Of a stretch of DNA of 64,000 bases, positions 41,340 through 54,055 are shown piece by piece. This DNA is from Octopus vulgaris (taxonomy: Eukaryota). The notes beneath the pieces were generated by a model. The model was given only the letters and a program-made list of their open reading frames with translations, was not told the origin of the DNA and searched no databases. The stretch spans positions 213,776,001 through 213,840,000 of the forward strand of contig OX597814.1 in NCBI GenBank assembly GCA_951406725.2, given 5' to 3'. A program made the translations under genes and the position numbers. Numbering within the stretch: position 1 is the stretch's first letter; every line of letters begins with the position of its first letter.

Positions 41340-42240
41340 TTTCTTTGAAGAGTAAGATGTCAGTTTACCTAGAAAGAAATGATACATCATTGACAAGAAC
41401 TGAAATTAATGCATGCAATATTTCCCAAAGGAGCATATTCAGCACATTTTGCTTTATGACTTCAATAATAGCAACAGCGGAACAGAAAGTGCGAGAAATA
41501 TCAATGTAGTAAATGGAGATAGTACAATAAGTGTTAGCCAGTATCAACGGTGGTTCCAGAAATTCCAAGCCGGAAACTACGGCCTAGAAGACGAGCCTCA
41601 CCCTGGAAGATCTGTAGGGAGGACGTCCTGCAAACCCTGGTGGAACAAAATCCCGTCGTAACTGTTCAGGATTTGCAGAGAATCTTGGATTTGGTCAATC
41701 AACTATTCGTCTACACCTGCGTGCCATCGGCAAAGTCAGCAAATTGGGTCAATGGGTTCCTCACAAATTTTCCGAGTTTAGTCGCGCGCAGAGAGTGAAT
41801 GTGTGCTCTTCTTTGCTGTCACGTCTCACGAATGAGCCTTTTGGGGATCAAATAGTGACTGGTGATGCGAAAAGGGCTCTCTATAAATTTTCAAGCACCG
41901 AAGACAGTGAGTAGGGAAAGGAGTAACACCGGCACCCCAAGCTAAAGAAAGTTTTCACCCACGTAAGGCTCTGTTATTTGTTTAGTGGGATATGAAAGGT
42001 TTAGTCTACTTTGAACGTTTAAACCCAAACCAAACGATAACAAAGGAGATATACTGCGAGCAGCTTGAGCGGCTTGAGTCAGCGCTAGAAGAAAAGCGAC
42101 CATCTTTGGTTTCAAGATGAAAGGTGCTCTTCCGTCAGGATAATGCTCGGCCACATACAGTGAGGATGACATTCCAAAGGCTGGAGCAGTTTGGTGACTT
42201 TTCCGATGGCACGCAGGAGTCGATGAATGGTTGAATGACC
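41340..42240 (+). mobile_element. mariner transposon relic (Mos1/Hsmar-like HTH)
   Basis: HILLYDF..ARNIN..QRWFQKF..LEDEPHPGR, QWVPH, IVTGD, QDNARPH. Confidence 0.82.
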
Positions 42241-42409
42241 ATATATATAAAAAAAGGCGGTGCTCCAGTATGGCCGTAGTCAAATGACTGAAAAAGTAAA
42301 AAAAGTAAAAGTGTATATATATATATGTGTATGTGTGTATGTATGTATACACATACACACACATATGAAAGCGAGAGAAAGAGAGAGTGACAGACAGACA
42401 GACATCTAC

Positions 42410-43520
42410 GCACGATGGTTGAACTGAAAGTAATGCACCAGTGAACACGTTTTTTATTTACTGACATAAGTTTTCCTCTAGAGTGATTCTCTTTGCCGTT
42501 CTTCATTGTAGGTAAATAATGAGTTACAAGCTGAACTAACCTGCTCTCATTGAGTTCTTGACAACGGATGAGTCTAGGTTGTCTGATATTTGTAGAAGGC
42601 TAAATGTTGTTTATGTAGATGACACCATTGACAAGTGTACTGTGCGCTCAGATGGATGAACGAGTTTGAAGAAACCAGAAAAGAAAACAAACGCCATGCA
42701 GTGGGAAAGTATCAACCGCAACAACCTCTGGCGCGAATTGCTAGCGAGTGGATGAAATGGTTACTTCAGACGGACGAGTCATAATCGGTGAACTTTCTGC
42801 ACAACTGGATTTTGGCCACAAGATAAGCTCGGTGTTGAAAAGTGTGCGTAAAGTGACTACCTTGGCAGTTGACACTCGATTTATATGATAAAAGGATACA
42901 AATCTACTCTGATCTGCTGGAAGCATTTGAAGGCAATACAAATATTTTTCCCACATAGACTCAAGAGATCAAATGTGGCCGTATCTTTAGGAAACTCTAC
43001 TGCAAGGCCTAAGAACTTCAAGAGCCGGCAATCGGCACAGAAAGTAATGGTAACTTTCGAGGGGATGATGAATGTCACTCCCTTTCTGAAACAAACGCGC
43101 CTGCGCAGTGAACATCGAGACGTACGATACATTGAGACATTCAAAAGGCTTAGAATAGACATTAGAAGGAAGAACCCGAACAGTAATCTGAAAATGATTC
43201 ACATTCGCCATAAGAGTACGTGGTCACATATATATTTGACAACAAATCAGTTAATCATCAAAATTAGGTTGGTTAATAGTTTCCCCCTATTCACCGTACA
43301 ATCCAGATTTCGTGCCTTACGACTTCGGGACCGATCAGGTGGAAGTGTACAACAACACTAATCTGAATTTTGTCAAAAACAGTTTAGAGGTTGGGTTCAA
43401 TGTTAGCGCAAATGCATCGCTTATAATAGGGATAATGTTTAGCAGTACTTTTGTATTGGGGACATTACTCTACCAAGTGCACTTTGAGGATCTATGTCAT
43501 CTTTATATAAAAGTATAAAC
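42410..43520 (+). mobile_element. mariner transposon relic (related to 19150-20930)
   Basis: LIEFLTT..RRLNVVYVDDTIDKCTV, QSAQKVMVT, PYSPYNPDFVPYDF. Confidence 0.65.
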
Positions 43521-43587
43521 CCGAGCGCACGCGTACGTGTGTGTGTATGTGTGTGTGTGAATAGATGGATGGATACATGGGTGAATG

Positions 43588-43989
43588 TACTCTTTTACTC
43601 TTTTACTTGTTTCAGTCATTTGACTGCGGCCATGCTGGAGCACCGCCTTTAATCGAGCAACTCGATCCCGGGACTTATTCTTTTGTAAGCCCAGTACTTA
43701 TTCTATCGGTCCCTTTTGCCGAACCACTAAGTAACGCGGACATAAACACACCAGCATCGGTTGTCAAGCAATGCTAGGGGGACAAACACAAACACACACA
43801 CACACTCATATATATATACATATATACGACGGGCTTCTTTCAGTTTCCGTCTACCAAATCCGCTCACAGGGCTTTGGTCGGCCCGAGGCTACAGTAGAAG
43901 ACACTTGCCCAAGGTGTCACGCAGTGGGACTGAACCCGGAACCATGTGGTTGGTGAACAAGCTACTTACCACACAGCCACTCCTGCGCC
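43588..43989 (-). mobile_element. SINE-B
   Basis: Family match. Confidence 0.9.
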
Positions 43990-44027
43990 TACTGTGGAAG
44001 TAGTAGAAATAGAGGGAAAGATTATAA

Positions 44028-44241
44028 TTAGGAAAACATACACGTGTATATGTAAGAAATGCAGTGATAAAACTTATAATATATTTTGAAACAAAGCGTC
44101 TGAGATATAGATTGGATTGTTGAACTGTGGTAAATATATTAACTGAACGGTAAGTTCATTGACTTTATGAGAATTAAAAAACGTGTTAGCTGCATTTTAA
44201 ATTAGTTCTTAAGGACTTATACACACACACATACACACATA

Positions 44242-44283
<42 letters not shown>

Positions 44284-45050
44284 TACCATTGAGACTGTGA
44301 AGTAGTGGTTATTATGAGTAAATATTAGTAATAAAATGATTCTAATAAAATAAACTTTACTCAAGTAGGTTAAGGATAAATAAAAGAAGCAACATTGATG
44401 TAAGAGAGTCCCGGCAGTGAGTAGGAAGGTAAGGGTTGGAGAAGGCAATGGGATAAGCCATAGTTAAAGCCAAGTTAAAACATAAGAAAGTAAAATTAAA
44501 TTGCACTTTAAATCATAATGAAATTAATAGGCGCAGGAGTGGCTGTGTGGTAAGTAGCTTGTTTACCAACCACGTGGTTCCGGGTTCAGTCCCACTGCGT
44601 GGCATCTTGGGCAAGTGTCTTCTGCTATAGCCCCGGGCCGACCAATGCCTTGTGAGTGGATTTGGTAGACGGAAACTGAAAGAAGCCCGTCGTATATATG
44701 TATATATATGTGTGTGTGTGTGTGTGTGTTTGTCCCCCTAGCATTGCTTGACAACCGATGCTGGTGTGTTTACGTCCCCGTTACTTAGCGGTTCGGCAAA
44801 AAGAGACCGATAGAATAAGTACTGGGCTTACAAAGAATAAGTCCCGGGGTCGATTTGCTCGACTAAAGACGGTGCTCCAGCATGGCCGCAGTCAAATGAC
44901 TGAAACAAGTAAAAGAGTAAAGAGTAATGTGGAAACGGGAAATAGGGTTGGTAAGGAGACACGTGGGAGAGATATCAGAAAGACTTTCTTCTGGAAGTGA
45001 GAAAGTTTTATCACTGCATTTCTTACATATACACGTGTATGTTTTCCTAA
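44028..45050. mobile_element. Segment bounded by perfect 48-bp inverted repeats (candidate non-autonomous DNA transposon)
   Basis: 44028-44075 is the exact reverse complement of 45003-45050. Confidence 0.65.
44530..44925 (+). mobile_element. SINE-B
   Basis: Family match. Confidence 0.9.
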
Positions 45051-47733
45051 ATATCCGCAATTGTGCACAGTTTCTCTTCTCTATCTCAAATCATTATATC
45101 AGGTCTGTTGTGCTTACATTTTATTGAGGTCTTCAATGGTACATTCCACCAGTATTCTTTTTCATTATGAGTGGCTATGGTTTCTACCATATTATATTTT
45201 TATCATTTCTTTGTCCTCGGGATTATCCTTCCGACGGATTTCATTTTCGGATGACATTTTCCGATGACTACGTATGATGTGGGTGATATCTTCAGTGTGA
45301 ACTTCACAAAGTCTGCATCGATTGTCACATTTTATTGCTTTTCCCGCATCTCTATCCCTTTTGTGCCTCCGGTACGTGATTGATATTTCCTGTTCTTGAA
45401 TTGCAAACGCACACCCTTCAAAGTGGGAGTTAGTAATCCGGTTCCACGATAAACTGTTTTGAAGATGAATGTTGCTATCATCACGAAGCTTTCTACTAAC
45501 ATATCCATGCATAGTCTTCTGTTCATATAGGTTTATCCTTTCATCTGATGATACGTTGCAGCAGAGTCGTGTGACTTCTTTGAACATGTATTCTAGATTA
45601 TCAGACAAAGAATGTCGCTCAAGGAGCTGCCTTCCAAGTCTTATGATATTTTCAGCCTCGTGTATGCAAAGTTATCAAGCGATGTACGTCGACACTTGGT
45701 GGTTAAAAGATGTTACCGAAGGGATATGACGCGACATTCAAAGGCATTTGGGATCAATGTTGAGCCTCTGCCGCCTTGTTTACGTTTTAGGTAGAGGCGA
45801 TCTACGTCACTGTTCATGTGGAAATTATGTGTGCTTGTTAGTATTTTTCGGGTTTTCATATCAATGGCTCAGATCTCATCAAGCGTCCAATCAAGCAGTC
45901 AAAATGTTGGTATGAGTACTGGCACCGCAAACACAATGTGGACAACAGTTTTATTGAATGCAGAGAGTTCTGAGGTTCAACTTTTCTTTATTCGGCTGTA
46001 ATATTCTTTAGTGACACGTGTTTTGTTACAGGTGCCATTGTAAGATATATTCTCATCCACCCCTAGATACCTATAACATTCCTCGACAGATGCAGGGGAA
46101 ACAGTCAAATCATTGATGGAGACGTTACTAGTCTGGTTTATAGTCTTCCCCTTTTTCACAACCATATAACATTTATCCGGACCAAACTCCAACCCAACAT
46201 CCTTTTTCTTCCCATGCATATTCTTTGCATAAAGTTTTAAGTCATCCACAAAGAAACAGTGTGTAATTTTGGTATTTCTGTTTCCTTGTGAACCAGTGAG
46301 ATATCCTTCAGACTTACTTAACATGAATGACAAGAGGTTTACAGAAAGTATAAACAATATCACAGAGAGGCTGTCTCCTTGGAAAATGCCTTTGCGATAT
46401 TGTATTCTATCAGTGATAATACAGTCGCCCTTTGTGTTTAATTTCAAGAAGGTGGCCCACGATGAAGTCAGGTCAGCTATGGCTTTGACTTTTCTCACTA
46501 GAACTTTAGCAAGTTTAAAGGCTTCTAGCATCCATGAGTGGGGAACAGAGTCAAAGACTTTCTTGCAATCTAGCCACATTGAAATCAGGTTCTTCCTATG
46601 CTCCCACGCCTCTGACATCACAGTTTTGTTGATTAGTAATTGCCCGTCACATCCCCAGACTTCCTTCTTCCCAGCTGCTTGTTCGGCAGTGATAATGTTA
46701 TTGGTTTCACAATGGTCTTGGAGGAAGAGGTTTAAACATACTACATATATCTTATTCATTAAGCTCTGGCATGCAATTGACCGGTGGTTTTTTGCCATGT
46801 GGGTGGTTCTGCATTTGGGGATCAATCTTGTGTCTGCCAGAGCTAGCCAGTTTGGTATGCTACTGTTACTGTTCCCAATGAAAGCTTGTTCGTACAGATT
46901 CATAAGGTATGGTCAGTAGAATGTTAGCTTCTTGTACCAATATCCAAAAATCAAGTCTCTTCCAGGAGCTTTTCTATCCTGGAGTTTCTGGATCACAGTT
47001 GCAAGAGTTTCACCAGCAATGTTGTATGTCTTGGATGTAACGCAGGAGCAATAACTTACTCGGATTTTCTCCTAGCCATAGAGCATCTTGGTTGAATTCT
47101 GTCTTCTCGTGAAGGAACTTCCGTGATATTTACTGCTCCTCTTCTCACGTGTCTGTATACTGCTGCTTGGTTGCGGTTAAATTTTTTGTTTATTATCTTT
47201 CTCTCGGTTATTCTTTTCTGATGTCGGAGTTTTTCGCTGACAGCTTTTAGCTCCTGCTTTAGGGTAATCAGTTTGCAAGTGAGTGTCCCCTTTTTGCTCT
47301 CTCTTAAACATCATTTCTATCTCCTTCTTTACTTTCTGTTGATGGCACGTATAAGGATTTGCTTGTTTGCATGCAATAAACACCATTACATGACTGATGG
47401 TCTTCTGTAAACCAGATATATTTTTCTCTGTCTTCAAAACCCATGATGGTACTTTGTTATATCGGTTTTCTTTACAGTTTGAATATCATTCATGTATTGT
47501 TTTACAGCAATAGCCAGCGCATATAGACAGGCGTTAATCTGCCAGTATGTGGGTTCATCATACTGTAGTAAATACTCATCACCAATTTCGTTGACAGCTT
47601 TTAATACCGTATCTGGTGGGTTTTTTACTTTCTTTGGTAGAGAATACTCTCTCCTCGAGAGAGTCCTTCAAAGCCAAAGTTATTTTTTCTCGGAAAATTT
47701 CAGTAAGAGCACATTTCCCGGCATATAATCCTG
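45051..47733 (-). pseudogene. R4/Dong-like non-LTR retrotransposon relic (RT + CCHC + restriction-like endonuclease)
   Basis: WLDCKKVFDSVPH, GIFQGDSLS, FVDDLKLY, YRYLG (ORF 45977-46903); CRLCEVHTEDITHI; WWN..HNRPDI. Confidence 0.82.
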
Positions 47734-47799
<66 letters not shown>

Positions 47800-47825
47800 G
47801 CTATTACTACTACTAATACTACTAC
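47734..47825. repeat. (CTA)n microsatellite abutting the LINE 5' end
   Basis: Direct reading. Confidence 0.95.
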
Positions 47826-49639
47826 TTCTTCTACAATATTTACCATAGTCGTATGTATGTCATATAAGTGTTGTCCTGTCTTTATTATCGGCACTTATAA
47901 GAACCCACGCCCCAGTGCTATGGGGCAGAAAGAGGCTATATGCATAACTTTAGAATAATATCACTTTCTAAAATGCCCAGTTTGAATTATTTTGGAACAT
48001 TACAAAAGGAAAAAGCTTGACTGAGGAATTGTTATATTTGAACAGTACAGTCTATTTTCTTTGCTAATTTCATGTTTATCATACGTGTTTAAAGCTGTTA
48101 TTGTTTTTCCACATTTTCTATGGAGACATAAGAGCATAACCTGTTTAAGTGAAGAGATATAGTTGCTTTTGTGTTTCTTTGAATCGTCGATGCCATCGTC
48201 GTATTGTTATAGTTACACTTGTAGCAGCTGTATGCCCAGAATATTTCATATAACAACGAAAACAAGGCGATCTGGCAGATTGTAAGATGCATATAAAATG
48301 ACCACTTCTGTTTTCAAAACCACTCATCAGTAAGAAATAATATATCTTATGTGTACTTCATCATTTCAAAGAGATATAAGGACTTAATGGTTCTCAGTGC
48401 TTTATCAAAAATTCAAAAACATGTCAACATAATATATTCTGTGTTTCTAAGAAACATATTTGTTTGGATTAAGAAGTTGCTTTGTGTAGCTCTAGGAGAG
48501 TGAAGAGCTACAGATAATTATTTCATTTTTTTTTGTCATGTTTTTATAAATTTTCTGTTAATTTTCTAGATGAAACAACTGTTCGAAATGGTAACCTCTT
48601 AACTAGTAATCTCTTATCTAATTCTAGTGTGATCAACTTCTGTATTGTTATATTTGAATCAAAATCCATTGCGGTTTTCCTTTTTCTCTCTTTTTTTTTT
48701 TCTGTTTTCACTTCCTAATTTTATTATTCCTTACATGTTGTGCAATATATCAAGGTATTACATTACGTGAAGCATTCACTGCTTTGTCTTTATTCTTTAG
48801 TAAGTCTCAACCTTAAAGGATTTCCTTTAATTATTAACAGCGAACAATTAATTAATTGATAGAAAGCAATAACTTAAACTACCTTTATCAAATACGGAGA
48901 AAAGGAAAGGATATCACTATAAGACTATAGTTGCTTTTGCTGCTGTTATTGTAGTGGTGGTGGTGGTGGGAGGAGAAGCAGAAGGAGGAAGAGGAAGCAA
49001 AAGAGGATGGGATGAATGAGACCTGAGGAAAAGAGGAATATTTGTTGCTATCATTTTTTAAAATTCTTATAATACTATGTAATTGGAACTCTTGCATCTA
49101 ATTGAATTTAGGCTTCTTATCTTTTTTAATTTATGCTCTAATTATACAGTTATTTAATGCAATTTCACTGCATACATGAAAATTAAAAGAATAATGTCCC
49201 TATTTTTATTCAGACAAATTACGTGAGCTGACAAATCACGTTTTATTTAATGGATTAGTTGGTTAGTTTTTATTTATTTGGGTGTTCTTGCTTTTTTACT
49301 TTTGCTTTGTTTTTTTGGTTTTTTTTTTTCACTATCTGTCCGATATGTGTGAATGTTAAAGAAAAGACGCATTAACTAAATTGAAATATATTAGCAGTTT
49401 CACGGCATCTATACAAAGACGGTGTTCTTGTTTTCTTTACGAAAGGGTTTTGCAGTTCAGGGGGACGTAACCTTCATGAAACTTGCTTTCTTTGTATATT
49501 ACTATTGGGTACTTTAATTTATTTTTGAGTGTATATTTACATACACACACACACACACGTGTGTGTGTGTGTGCTTGTGTGTGTATGTAAAGTGATCTTA
49601 TAAGCTGAAACGGCGAGCTGAGTCTAACCCTTAGGCGCC

Positions 49640-50370
49640 AGTAAGAGCCACTGACGAGCATTAATGTAAATGCGAAATCACTGTCCGATGCTGAGAGAGC
49701 TTGCCTCCCTTGTCAGTCATTAAACTAGTGCTTATCGTGGCTATGAGTTGCTTTGAATCGTCTTTCTAGCAATAACTCTTTCAAGATATCATGCTAACTC
49801 AAGAAATGAATAGACATGCAGTCATAGTTGTCTATACATGCAAACTACAGTGATTTAGAAATTAGCAATTTTCTAAATGCTGCAAGATCCTTTGTACACA
49901 AAGTTCGGTTGGGAATGGAGGCATGTGATGATGCTGTTTCAGCCGTATCAAAGAGAAGAAAACATTCACAACGCTCAAACACACTAAAGGGACACCGGGA
50001 TTTATATTATGTTCAAAACATTATCGATGGAAATCCCAGAAGATCAATGAGGCCCATTACTAAAGAACTTCAGGTGTCAGAGTGGACTATCAGAACTGTG
50101 ATACAATGTGACATTCAATATAAGAATATAAGTCCTAAGTAATGAGGAAAGGCCAATTAGTGTCTGCAAAGACAAAGGAAAACCGTCTCATCCATTCAAA
50201 ACGGTTACTTAACAAAATGAAAATCCCTCATGAATAAGGCATACGTTGGTTTTTCTCTAAAGAAAAAACTTTGACCAGGATCAAAAGCTTAACAGAAGAA
50301 ATGACAGGTGGTTAATTGCAGATCCTTCCGAAGTACCCAGAGTGATGCACTCGAAGCTTCCAGCAACTTT
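49640..50370 (+). mobile_element. Tc1/mariner (maT/Bmmar1-like) transposase relic, 5' half
   Basis: ORF 49828-50142 HTH (NPRRSMRPITKELQVSEWTIR), then WFFS.EK/NFDQDQKLNRRNDRW. Confidence 0.7.
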
Positions 50371-52443
50371 GGATTGGGTATCTTTTGACCTATTCGCTCA
50401 CCGTTACCCACTAGCCTTTCCTATGAAGTGGAAAGTTTAGTCCTATTTCTGCTTCTCCAACATCCGATGTCCTATCTCCAACTGAGATTCGCACGTCACC
50501 TCTTACTCTTACTCGAACCACATAACGTACTTCTCTCTAAAACGTAATTTTTCAACCCCTCTCCACTAGTCTATCTTCGCTGGCCAGAGTACAACATCTA
50601 TTCAAACTTCTCTCCTAAATATGATGTCAGTGCATCCGTAGACCCCACTCTCCCACCTTTCTCGTGTAATAACGACTTTCAGTTTTTCTGGCTCAAATTC
50701 ATTCTCCCCATTCGCCCAAATACGTTTGCTCCCTCTTTTATTTTCCTAGTTCTCTAAGCCACCAGAAATTCTTTAAATATATCTTCTTCCGTGTTGAGAA
50801 TATGTATCTCATCTGTCTTTTGTCTTAAATCATTATCCTTGTTCACTTCTTTACTCATAACTCGTAGCTCTCACACTCATCTCATCCTCATTCTGCCGAT
50901 GTGGGGTCCGAAACTTTTGCTGCTCTCAGCTCGTTATACCAACTTATTGCTACCGCTTTTTGCATTCCAGACCGTAATACAAACACCACAAACACCCTTG
51001 ATGTTTATTTTCTGTCTTTTAAACCTAACAGCCACAAAACCATAACAGTCTTTGAATCTGGTGAGTCATCTCAACACACAACTACTTACTGCACAACATC
51101 ACGATCCTCTCGAACCTATAACATTCTAAATAACTGATTGATTAAAGCTCCGTCAGTTGTATGACACACAACTCTATAGCAAACGCCCTTCATTCCTAAT
51201 TCATCCGAAAGAGCTCAATAGGTAACTCGAGTCGTACTTTCACATCTCTCCTCTACAAAAACCTAATGTCTCAAGTTCAACAAGTATTTTGCTCCTAGTC
51301 GTGCCGCAGTTGTTTGGGCAAGAAGCAATTTATAATGTTCAATATATTGATTAGGGAGAAAATCAACAAAGTGCGATACCCGGAATGGTAGGTTCCTCTT
51401 ACTTGAAACTATGTCTCGGGTTGATAAATCGGGATTTGGTTTTGGGCCTAATCTACAGGTTTTCCAATATCAAACTGACTTCACATAGGTGATAAAATGA
51501 TAGAATATTTAGAACCCGGACGAAAATGGCTCAAAGCACTCGTTTCAGCTTTTTACATTTTTGAGTTGAAATCCAGGCTTCGTGAACTTTGCCGGTCATC
51601 CTTCCAGGGATCTCAAATACAAAGATCGATACAACTGACTGTTTCGTATCCCCTAAATTCTGCCTAGGTGTGTATATTAGGAAATATAATTATTATTATC
51701 ATTATTATTATTATATAGTTTGTTGCTGTTGCTACTGTTACTGTTTGTACTTCAGTAAAGAGAGGGGGAGGGGGAGTAGGAGGGGGAAGAGGAGGGAGGG
51801 GAAAGAAGGGGGATACGAAGGAAAGAAAGAAAAATAGTAATGGGAAGAGAAAAAGGAGACTTATTGAATTCTCATTATTTTTGTTATGATAAAATGTAAA
51901 CGGAGCTATGCATGCATATAATGGAATTCAAGCGTTATCTTTATTTCGTAATTTATGCACTAATTATACAGTTTTCTTATGTAAATTCACAACATACTTG
52001 GAAATAAAAAAAATGTAATATCGTCGTTTTTATTCAGATAATTACGTCGTCCGAAAAATCACGTTTCATTTAATCATATTAACTGTTACTTTTTTTTTTT
52101 CTTCCCGTTTTCCATTATCTCTGAGATTTTGTGTTTATAAGTAGCTATTGTGTAATATGTATTTATAATATGACTTTTGTGCTTACATAAGGATATATTT
52201 CATATCTTTAGATACTAATACGCGTGCGTGTCTCTCTCACTTTCTCTCTCTCTCTTTCTCTGTACACACACACACAGAATATGGAAGTTTAGTCCACTGG
52301 TGATCTAAACGAATAGGTACGCTGTGTAAGTGTTGTAACAGATTTTCAGGGTTCCAAGCTCGTAATTAAGACGGAGGCTATCCATCCATTTCAGGTTCAC
52401 TATTTAGAAGATATTTATCTGTGAAAGAGAGCATATATATATA

Positions 52444-52610
52444 GGCGCAGGAGAGTGGCTGTGTGGTAAGTAGCTTGCTAACCAACCACATGGTTCCGAG
52501 TTCAGTCCCACTGCGTGGCACCTTGGGCAAGTGTCTTCTGCTATAGCCCCGGGCCGACCAAAGCCTTGTGAGTGGATTTGGTAGACGGAAACTGAAGGAA
52601 GCCCGTCGTA

Positions 52611-52681
<71 letters not shown>

Positions 52682-52891
52682 TTGTGTGTCTGTGTTTGTC
52701 CCCCTAGCATTGCTTGACAACCGATGCTGGTGTGTTTATGTCCCCGTCACTTAGCGGTTCGGCAAAAGAGACCGATAGAATAAGTACTGGGCTTACAAAG
52801 AATAAGTCCCGGGGTTGAGTTGCTCGATTAAAGGCGGTGCTCCAGCATGGCCGCAGTCAAATGACTGAAACTAGTAAAAGAGTAAAAGAGA
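52444..52891 (+). mobile_element. SINE-B
   Basis: Family match. Confidence 0.9.
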
Positions 52892-52910
52892 ATATATATA
52901 TATATATATT

Positions 52911-53132
52911 AAAAAATCCTACGCTGTGAATAGTTTTCAGAACATTTATAAAGAGGTCTTACAGCTGCTTCGGGGCATTTTATATATCCTTTCATCCTTC
53001 GCTGTAATAAATATTACTTAAATATTTTCTCGCACTGTCTCTGATGAAGGGATATATAAAATATCCAGGAAACAGGTGTAAGACCTTCTCTTTATAAATG
53101 TTCTGAAAACTTTTCACAGCTTTGGATTTTTT
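52911..53132. repeat. Inverted repeat (~86-90-bp arms) between (TA)n tracts
   Basis: 52911-52996 matches the reverse complement of 53043-53132. Confidence 0.85.
53037..53084 (+). ncRNA. Type I hammerhead ribozyme motif
   Basis: GTCT-CTGATGA-AG-GGATAT(ATAAA)ATATCC-AG-GAAAC(AGGT)GT-A-AGAC; stem I GTCT/AGAC, GUA triplet; base of stem II imperfect. Confidence 0.65.
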
Positions 53133-53300
53133 TATCTCATTCTGTTAACTTTATATATATATGCTTGCTAATACACGACCTACATTGGATTCCTCATTCG
53201 TATATTTATCGAACCTGGAGTTTAAGTATAGTTTGTCCATACCACTTACTCAACATTACCTGATGTCTTTGAGTCTTCTTGACAACAATACCTCTCATAA

Positions 53301-53350
<50 letters not shown>

Positions 53351-53363
53351 TGATTGATAGATA

Positions 53364-53822
53364 TGTTTCTTTATTAGCCACACAGGGCTGCACACAGATA
53401 GAACAAATTACAAGGTAGAGCTTTTCTTTTGAAGGGTTAGAAAAAAAAAAAAAAAAAGGAAGGGGGGAGTTTCGATCAAAAGGGATCGTAAAAGGAGAGA
53501 AAGAGGACAAAAAAGGGGGGTTAAAAAAAGGGAGGGAGGAAAAAAAAATTGATCAATAGGGATCGTTATCACAGAAATGTCAATATGAAGTGTAAAGGGG
53601 AGGACAGGTGAGGTTTACCCGTGGAAAGAAAAGCCTACGGAAAAGACCACGGTAACCTCGGTCAATGAAGTCACATTTTATATTTCTTTTTTTTTTTTTT
53701 TTTTTTTTTGCAAATAAGCAACTCTCTGTTTTCGATTTCTGGGTTCATAGGACTATGCTCAAGGTGGCTTCGTCATTCATACGTGCCATTCTTGCTACAT
53801 TCACCCATCTTTTTTTAAAACA
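53364..53822 (-). mobile_element. L1/Tx1-like LINE 3' end inside (GATA)n
   Basis: Minus strand: ORF end [22 protein letters not shown], 3' UTR, end GCTAATAAAGAAAC; (GATA)n on both sides. Confidence 0.6.
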
Positions 53823-53824
53823 TT

Positions 53825-53885
<61 letters not shown>

Positions 53886-53891
53886 CAGATT

Positions 53892-53966
<75 letters not shown>

Positions 53967-53979
53967 GGATGGATGGAAG

Positions 53980-54055
<76 letters not shown>

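Noticed and set aside
49200-49230. Possible 9-nt microexon (TTTTTATTCAG/ACAAATTAC/GTGAG)
   Set aside because: Donor is not conserved in the paralogous copy and there is no transcript evidence
49536-49591. (CA)n(TG)n palindrome
   Set aside because: Expected by chance given the abundance of CA/TG microsatellites
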